From positions 44,202,560 to 44,254,739 of the forward strand of contig NC_068996.1 in assembly GCF_001194135.2 (NCBI RefSeq): a stretch of 52,180 nt of DNA, read 5' to 3'. The position numbers and the translations under genes were made by a program. The DNA is from Octopus bimaculoides (Eukaryota). Shown one piece after another: positions 45,658 through 52,180 of the stretch (within the stretch, counting starts at the first letter, position 1; each line of letters begins with the position of its first letter). Below the pieces are notes generated by a model. The model saw nothing but the letters and a program-made list of their open reading frames with translations, made no database searches and was not told where the DNA came from.

Positions 45658-45879
45658 CCCTTTTGTTACCATATTTCTGTTGAGATGCTCTGTGTTTCTT
45701 TCAATTAATTTTAAATATAACAAAGAATTTAGTAAAATAACTTAGTTATCATTAAGCTAGTGTTAGGAACATAAATTGTGACTTAGGTTTAGTGGAAGAT
45801 TTTAATTCAGAACTTATGAAAACAAGACATTTGTTCTACAGAGCTAGAGACAGTTTTAGCTAGGTTAGTAACGAAAGGG
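45658..45879. mobile_element. piggyBac-type D MITE, full length
   Basis: TTAA|CCCTTTTGTTACC ... GTAACGAAAGGG|TTAA. Confidence 0.87.
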
Positions 45880-45952
45880 TTAAATTGACCTCAGTTTCTT
45901 ATTGATTAACGAGACTTGAAATATAAAACTGACGTCAGTAGGAGCCGGCATG

Positions 45953-46881
45953 GAGGTATGGCTGTGTGCTAAGAAGCTTGCTTCTTGATCACATAGTGTC
46001 AGGTTCAGACCCACTGCATGGCACTTTCGACAACTGTCTACTACTGTAGCTCTAGGTCAACCAAAGCCTTGTGAGTGGATTTGGTAGACAGAAACTGTGT
46101 GTAAGGCGGTGAGCTGGCAGAAACGTTAGCATTCCGGGTGGAATGCTTAGCGGTATTTCGTCTGCCGCTACGTTCTGAGTTCAAATTCTGCCGAGGTCGA
46201 CTTTGACTTTCATTCTTTTGGGGTCGATAAATTAAGTACCAGTTACGCACTGGGGTCGATGTAATCGACTTAATCCCTTTGTCTGTCCTTGTTTGTCCCC
46301 TCTATGTTTAGCCCCTTGTGGGCAATAAAAAAATAAGAAATGTGAGGAGGCCTGTTATTATATATGTGTGTGTGTGTGTGTATGTGTGCATGCATATATG
46401 CTTGTATATATATGTGTGTGTTTGTGTATATATAGACGTGTGTATGTGTGTGTGTCCTGGTGTTTGTCCCCACCACTGCTTGACAACTGCTACTGGTTTG
46501 CTTATGTCACTGTGACTCAGTGGTTCAGCAAAAGACACCTACAGAATAAGTACCTGGCTTTAAAAGTAAGTACCGGGGTCAATTTGTTGTGACTTAACCC
46601 TTCAACCCTTTAGCATTCAGGTTGCTCTACTAAATATATTCCTTATTAATTCCCATTGATTTGAATCAATCATGCATTATCTCATAGCTTTGGAGATTTC
46701 AATGACATAATTGTTTATTTTTAGAATAATATTGTATTGTAAGTGTGAGAGGTTGGATCTGACCAGTCTGAAGATAAAAACAGATAAATTGTTTTCACTG
46801 GTATAAGTGCGGAAGAGTTAAGGCGGTGCCCCAGCATGGTCGCAGTAGAATGACAGAAACAAATAAAAGATAAAAGATAAA
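45953..46881 (+). mobile_element. SINE B carrying a SINE A insertion (46105-46336) and an E MITE insertion (about 46606-46818)
   Basis: B head/CORE to GAAACTGTG, full A copy, GAAATGTG, B 3' module, E body, then B tail GGCGGTGCCCCAGCATGG..AAATAAAAGATAAAAGATAA. Confidence 0.82.
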
Positions 46882-47060
46882 AATTGTCTGAAGCTCTATT
46901 GATTTTGCTAGTCACTACCCTGTAATGAATTAAATCATGAGACTTACTGACTCAGGTTCCGTATTTAGAATTTGGTTATTTGTTGAAGTAGTGATCTGTG
47001 AGATTCAGTAAATTTCCAGAAAGGAATGTCATTGAAAACACAACTACAAAAAAAAAAAAA

Positions 47061-47069
47061 AATGTAGTG

Positions 47070-47120
<51 letters not shown>

Positions 47121-47332
47121 GACAAATGAAAAGTAGGTAAATACATAATAGTTGCCCAGTCTTTAATTCAAAGAACAACACTACTGTTATTAATTCAAGA
47201 ATTGAAACAGAACTGATGACATGTGTGCATGCACACACAAACACACACACATACACACACACAAACACACACATTCATACACACATACACGCACATGTAT
47301 GTATGTATATGTGTTTGTGTTTATATGTATAT

Positions 47333-47412
<80 letters not shown>

Positions 47413-47597
47413 GTATGTATATATATACGCAGATGCATATACATCTATATGTATACAGATGTATGTATATATATATATATATACATACATATATATATAT
47501 ATATACATACATATATGTATGTATATATATACACAGATGCATATACATCTATATGTATACAGATGTATGTATATATATATATATATGTATTTATATA

Positions 47598-47631
<34 letters not shown>

Positions 47632-47690
47632 GATACACGCACAAACACACACACACACACACATACATACACACACACACTTACACACAT
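47061..47690. repeat. (TAA)n tract (47061-47120) and large compound (CA)/(TA) tract with an internal ~60-bp duplication
   Basis: GATGCATATACATCTATATGTATACAGATGTATG occurs twice (~47431, ~47536). Confidence 0.88.
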
Positions 47691-48360
47691 AAATCCTCAA
47701 ATGCATGTCATGTCAGTGAATGAGGGTGACTGTGATTGCTTGATTTGCTAAAGATAGTAGCCAAATGTTCTTCATATTGCACTGAATACCATATCTTTTT
47801 TTTTTTTTTAGTTTTTCTTTTTCCCTATTTTAATAACAGAACAGTATAATTCACCTGTATTAGACTTTTCTTAGCACCTGTCACCTCTTTCTGATGATTA
47901 CTACTGAGCATGAAAGCGTGAGTAATAAGATGTAAAGTGAAGTGAGCTTGGTATACACAGTAAATTTACTCTACTGAAGTTATCAATTTGTTTTTAATTT
48001 GTCTGGAAGTAAATTTTTTTTTTGTTTTTGAAGTGGAATACATTGTCATCAGAAACGCCGAGATATACACACATACATATATACATACATACATTTATAA
48101 AGTCAGAAATGACAGAAATAATTTGATGAAATTTTATTTAACAATAAGAAAATTGTAATATCATGACAAATTGTTTCGTAACTTAAAAACATGTAAATAA
48201 TTTATATTATTATATTTAATAGTAAATAAATTATTTACAGGTCTTCATTAATGCAAAATGCAAAAGATCTTTCAAAATTAAGGAAGTTTTTTTATGAGTA
48301 CTACCAGATTATTTGAATCCATATATTGTGACTTAAATTTACATATATATTTACATATAT

Positions 48361-48786
48361 TACTCTTTACTCTTTTACTTGTTTCAGTCATTTGACTGCA
48401 ACCATGCTGGAGCACCGCCTTTTAGTTGAGCAAATCGACCCCAGGACTTATTCTTTGTAAGCCTAGTACTTATTTCTATCGGTCTTTTTTGCCGAACCGC
48501 TAAGTTACGGGGACGTAGACACACCAGCATTGGTTGTCAAGCGATGTTGGAGGGACAAACACAGACACACACATACACAAACACACATATATATTTATAT
48601 ATATATATATATATACATATATATGACGGGCTTCTTTCAGTTTCCGTCTACCAAATCCACTCACAAGGCTTTGGTCGGCCCGAGGCTGTATTAGAAAACA
48701 CTTGCCCAAGGTGCCATGCAGTGGGACTGAACCTGGAACCATGTGATTCATAAGCAAGCTACTTACCACACAGCCACTCCTACACC
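48361..48786 (-). mobile_element. SINE family B, full length, little diverged
   Basis: Complete reverse copy. Confidence 0.94.
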
Positions 48787-48996
48787 GCTTGTTGAAAAGT
48801 TTCTGACTTAGGGTAAAAGAAAATACAGGAGGATCAGTTAATTATGATTTTATTAAACGTATTCTCCTCACACATTCATGCACCTATTGCAAGGAACCCT
48901 CAGTTTTCTAAGCCCTGTAAAAGAATTCAAAAAGTTGGGCCTCCAACCAGGTTTTTTGAGATACCCTTTAAGCCAGGAACTTATCAGCACCCCTTG
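48786..48996 (-). mobile_element. mariner-derived MITE retaining the transposase C-terminus
   Basis: Inverted termini GTTGAAAAGTTTCTGACTT / AAGCCAGGAACTTATCAGC. Minus frame reads SFTGLRKLRVPCNRCMNV*GEYV*, matching the mariner end motif F..GI.KL..RW.KC....GEYVE. Confidence 0.72.
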
Positions 48997-49002
48997 TGTG
49001 TA

Positions 49003-49041
<39 letters not shown>

Positions 49042-49155
49042 NNNNNNNNNNTTATATACCAAAAAGATTTTATAACATTTTTCTGACATAATTTAAATAT
49101 ATACTTTAACCATGTAACACAAGCCTTCTGTAGTTTTTTCACTCTTATTATCTTT

Positions 49156-49364
49156 TAATAATCCTTCACCATATCGCGGTTTATTATTCAAGCTTACGTC
49201 GATTCTTCGATGGTGTTGTTTTGCATTTATAATAAAATAAATATATACAAATTATGAAAGTAATAAAATAGAATATACAGTACAGAACTGTTTCCACTTT
49301 GTGGATTTTCACCTGTCGCAGGGAGTTTTGGAACGTAACACCTGTGATAGTCGAGAGATTACTG
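49156..49364. mobile_element. pogo/Tigger-like MITE
   Basis: Right end reads (minus strand) TA|CAGTAATCTCTCGACTATCACAGGTGTTACGTTCC; left end is a degenerate TAATAATCCTTCACCATATCGCGG. Confidence 0.55.
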
Positions 49365-49374
49365 TATGTGTGCT

Positions 49375-49416
<42 letters not shown>

Positions 49417-49606
49417 ATGATGACTTGGTGACAGAACTAACAAATGAGGGGTACCATTGCACTGTACAGGCAGTGGAAGTTGGCACTGAGGTTTGTTGCA
49501 GTAATCATGGTCCAGATCAAGTCGCAAAAGAACAGCGACAATGAAGCACCTGTCAGAGACAGGTGAGAAGAGTTCAGTTTGGTTATGGGTGAAAAGGAAT
49601 GATAGA

Positions 49607-49998
49607 TCATCATCATCATCATCATCGTTTAACGTCTGCTTTCCATGCTAGCATGGGTTGGATGATTTGACTGAGGACTGGTGAACCAGATGGCTACACC
49701 AAGCTCCAATCTAATTTGGCAGAGTTTCTACAGTTGGATGCCCTTCCTAACGTCAACCACTCAGAGAGTGTAGTGGGTGCTTTTATGTGCCACCGGCCCG
49801 AAGGCCAGTTAGGCGGTACTGGCAACGATCTCGCTCAAATGTCTTTACACGTGCCATCCGGCACAAGTGCCAGGAAGGCGATGCTGGGCACAGGTGCCAT
49901 GACGATTTCCCTTTCGCTTGCCCCAACAGGTCTTCGCAAGCCGAGTTTCGTGTCCAATGAAGGAGTCGATGTTGGCATGGGTGCCAGTCGTCGAATTT
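49607..49998 (-). mobile_element. RTE (family C) 3' UTR, longer fragment
   Basis: (CAT)n tail; shares CAACAGGTCTT.GCAAGC with the upstream UTR of 19938-20669. Confidence 0.87.
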
Positions 49999-50298
49999 AA
50001 TTCATTTTTGATGGAACAGAAAAAAGATACAACAAACCACTAAACATAGTAGAAAGGAAACTTAGTTTGAAAAGTACATGCAGTGGCTGAACAATAGGGT
50101 TCACCCAAAAGATTTGAGTATAATCTCCAGTGAAGGTTGCATTTAAATAACAGCAGGAGGACATCTAGGGGCCATTACATAGGTGGGCCTGGCCCCTTAG
50201 GAGTGTCAGGAACTAATGAGCTGAAACTCTTGTTTGACAGTTCTTCCTCTTAAGACTTCTCCTGCTGTCTGCTCACTCTGTACCAACTTTCCACTCAC

Positions 50299-50487
50299 TC
50301 ACTCTCTCTCTCTCTCTCCCTCTCTTTCTTTCTCTCCCCCTCTCTTTCTCTCTCTCTCACTCTTACTATCTCTTTCTTTCTCTCTCTCCCTCTTACTATC
50401 TCTTTCTTTCTCTCTCTCCCTTTCTTTCTCTCTCTGTTTCTCTCTTTCTTTCTCTCTCCCTATCTCACTCCCTCTCTCTCTCACTCC

Positions 50488-50577
<90 letters not shown>

Positions 50578-50760
50578 TGTGTGTGTGTGTGTAAAGATAT
50601 ATATTGTGTGTGCGTGTGTGTGTGTATATATATATATTGTGTGTGCGTGTGTGTGTATATATATATATATTGTGTGTGTATATATATTGTATGTTTATCT
50701 ATCTTTATCTATATCTATCTATATCCATCCATCCATACATACATGCATACATACATACAC
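50299..50760. repeat. ~245-bp polypyrimidine (CT)-rich tract followed by (TA)/(GT)/(TATC) repeats
   Basis: Direct reading; includes a duplicated CTCTTACTATCTCTTTCTTTCTCTCTCTCC unit. Confidence 0.92.
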
Positions 50761-51150
50761 GAATGAAGGAATGGAGTAGATGAGATCTGAGTTACTTGTG
50801 TTTCATAATGAGTGGAACCTCAGAAGTGGTAAATATCTTAAGCAAGGTGTATACCACAGGCTACTCTTCAGGCCAAGGGTATCTTGATTAAACGAAAGTT
50901 TACATTGTTGCAAGGAGGTTCATGTTAACACATGGAAAATTCAATCAAAATGTTTAGAAACAAGGGAAACAGGCTCCCTCCCTATGCTTGTTGTAGGGCG
51001 AGAGCCTGTCTCCCTTGTCAGCTGTTAGAAAAGGGCTCTCATATGGCTAAGAGTTGTTTTTAGCAATGCTGGTGCTTACTAGCACCATCTGTCACTTTAG
51101 TGATGTCTATACTTGTTGTGGATATATATATATGTATATATAATATATAT

Positions 51151-51451
51151 ATCATCATCATCATCGTTTAACGTCTGCTTTCCATGCTAGCATGGGTTAG
51201 ACAATTTAACTGAGGACTGGTGAAACCAGATGGCTACACCAGGCTCCAATCTGATTTGGCAGAGTTTCTACAGCTGGATGCCCTTCCTAATGCCAACCAC
51301 TCTCTGAGAGTGTAGAGGGTGCTTTTACATGCCACCGGCACGAGGGCCAGTCAGGTGTACTGGCAACGACCACGCTCAAAATAGTGTTTTTTACGTGCCA
51401 CCTGCACAGGAGCCAGTCCAGCGGCACTGGCAACAACCTTGCTCGAATGTT
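51151..51451 (-). mobile_element. RTE (family C) 3' UTR fragment
   Basis: (CAT)n tail and two 66-bp units; nearly collinear with 26699-27001. Confidence 0.9.
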
Positions 51452-51837
51452 TATATACATATATATACATATATATAAAATGCTTGCATGGATATATATG
51501 ATATACTTAGACATTTTGGCATTGTGTAAATGTGTGCGTGTGTATACATGAGAGTGTGTGTTTGTGTGTGATTTGAAACTAGAAACCACTCCTATGTAGT
51601 CTTAATTTATTCATTGTGTCACTATTACTGGTTTAGCCACCCCAGTATTAGAAATCTAACCCAGAAAGCATGCAGACAAATATACTTTTATTGCACCAAC
51701 TTAAATATGTATAACCTGTCTGTCTGTCCGTCTGTCTTCACACATACATAGATAGACTTTACTCAGTATCTGTTTCTCTCTTGTCTGTCTACATGTTTTT
51801 GTCTGTCTGTCTGTCTCACTCAATATATCCATGTATG

Positions 51838-52100
51838 ATGGCGCATGGCTTAGTGGTTAGGGTGTTACACTCATGATCGCAAGATCATAATTACAATTCA
51901 TAGACTGGGTAGTATGTTGTGTTCTTGAATAAAACACTTTATCTTACGTCACTCTACAATCACTTCGACTCCTGACCTGTGGTACACCTGTGTGCACCTG
52001 TTCAGACAACGTTGATTTGATGAAGGAAGTGAGTTAAAGTACAGCACATATATTTGATCACTATAAGCAAATTATTTCTACCGGTTGCTTGGCAAAATCT
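51838..52100 (+). mobile_element. Third tRNA-headed SINE (family H), single copy
   Basis: TGGCGCATGGCTTAGTGGTTAGGG (Box A), degraded Box B, then TTGTGTTCTTGAATAAAACACTTTA resembling the CORE/V-type TGTGTCCTTGAGCAAGACACTT motif. Confidence 0.55.
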
Positions 52101-52145
52101 GAAATACTCAAGTGTCATCTTCGATGGGGAGAGTTTATCATATAC

Positions 52146-52180
<35 letters not shown>

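Noticed and set aside
47869-47911. Possible 43-nt plus-strand exon (TCHLFLMITTEHES) with a GC|GTGAGT donor
   Set aside because: A stronger upstream acceptor gives stops in all frames; no homology; expected frequency of pseudo-exons in 50 kb is high.
49440-49600. Either a 61-nt exon (CAG|GTGAGA donor) or a very decayed RTE segment (LYGSESW-like after a frameshift)
   Set aside because: Both readings need several assumptions and neither can be preferred without alignment.

Overview
AT-rich, CpG-poor, microsatellite-dense eukaryotic non-coding DNA from a gapped short-read assembly, with 13 N-runs, almost all abutting (TA)n/(CA)n/(TCTG)n. The repeat families look like those of an Octopus genome; this is inferred from recall of cephalopod repeats, not from a search. 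I find no confident host-gene coding exon, rRNA, intact tRNA or CRISPR array, and nearly all ORF-track entries are microsatellite or N read-through. The window is a dense layered graveyard of mobile elements. (i) About 25-30 copies or fragments of a ~400-450 bp tRNA-headed CORE-type SINE ('B') with an internal microsatellite and two alternative 3' modules. (ii) About 20 copies of a ~230 bp tRNA-headed SINE with a Deu/Nin-like domain, in two tail variants ('A', 'A2'). (iii) 3' fragments of four LINE types: an RTE with a (GAT)n tail (8 copies), an L2/CR1-group element, an R4/Dong-like RLE element, and a 2xC2H2-finger LINE end. (iv) Two TTAA-flanked piggyBac-type MITE families, three hAT MITEs with 8-bp TSDs, mariner and pogo MITEs, and Helentron-like HINEs. 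(v) A Penelope-like terminal structure carrying a minimal hammerhead ribozyme motif. The most interesting signals are: repeated independent insertion of SINE A into the same GAAAC site of SINE B; a SINE-LINE tail pair visible inside the window; modular SINE architecture; the hammerhead motif; and a few candidate exons that need RNA evidence. Family labels A, A2, B, F, C, D, E, G and H are my own working names.
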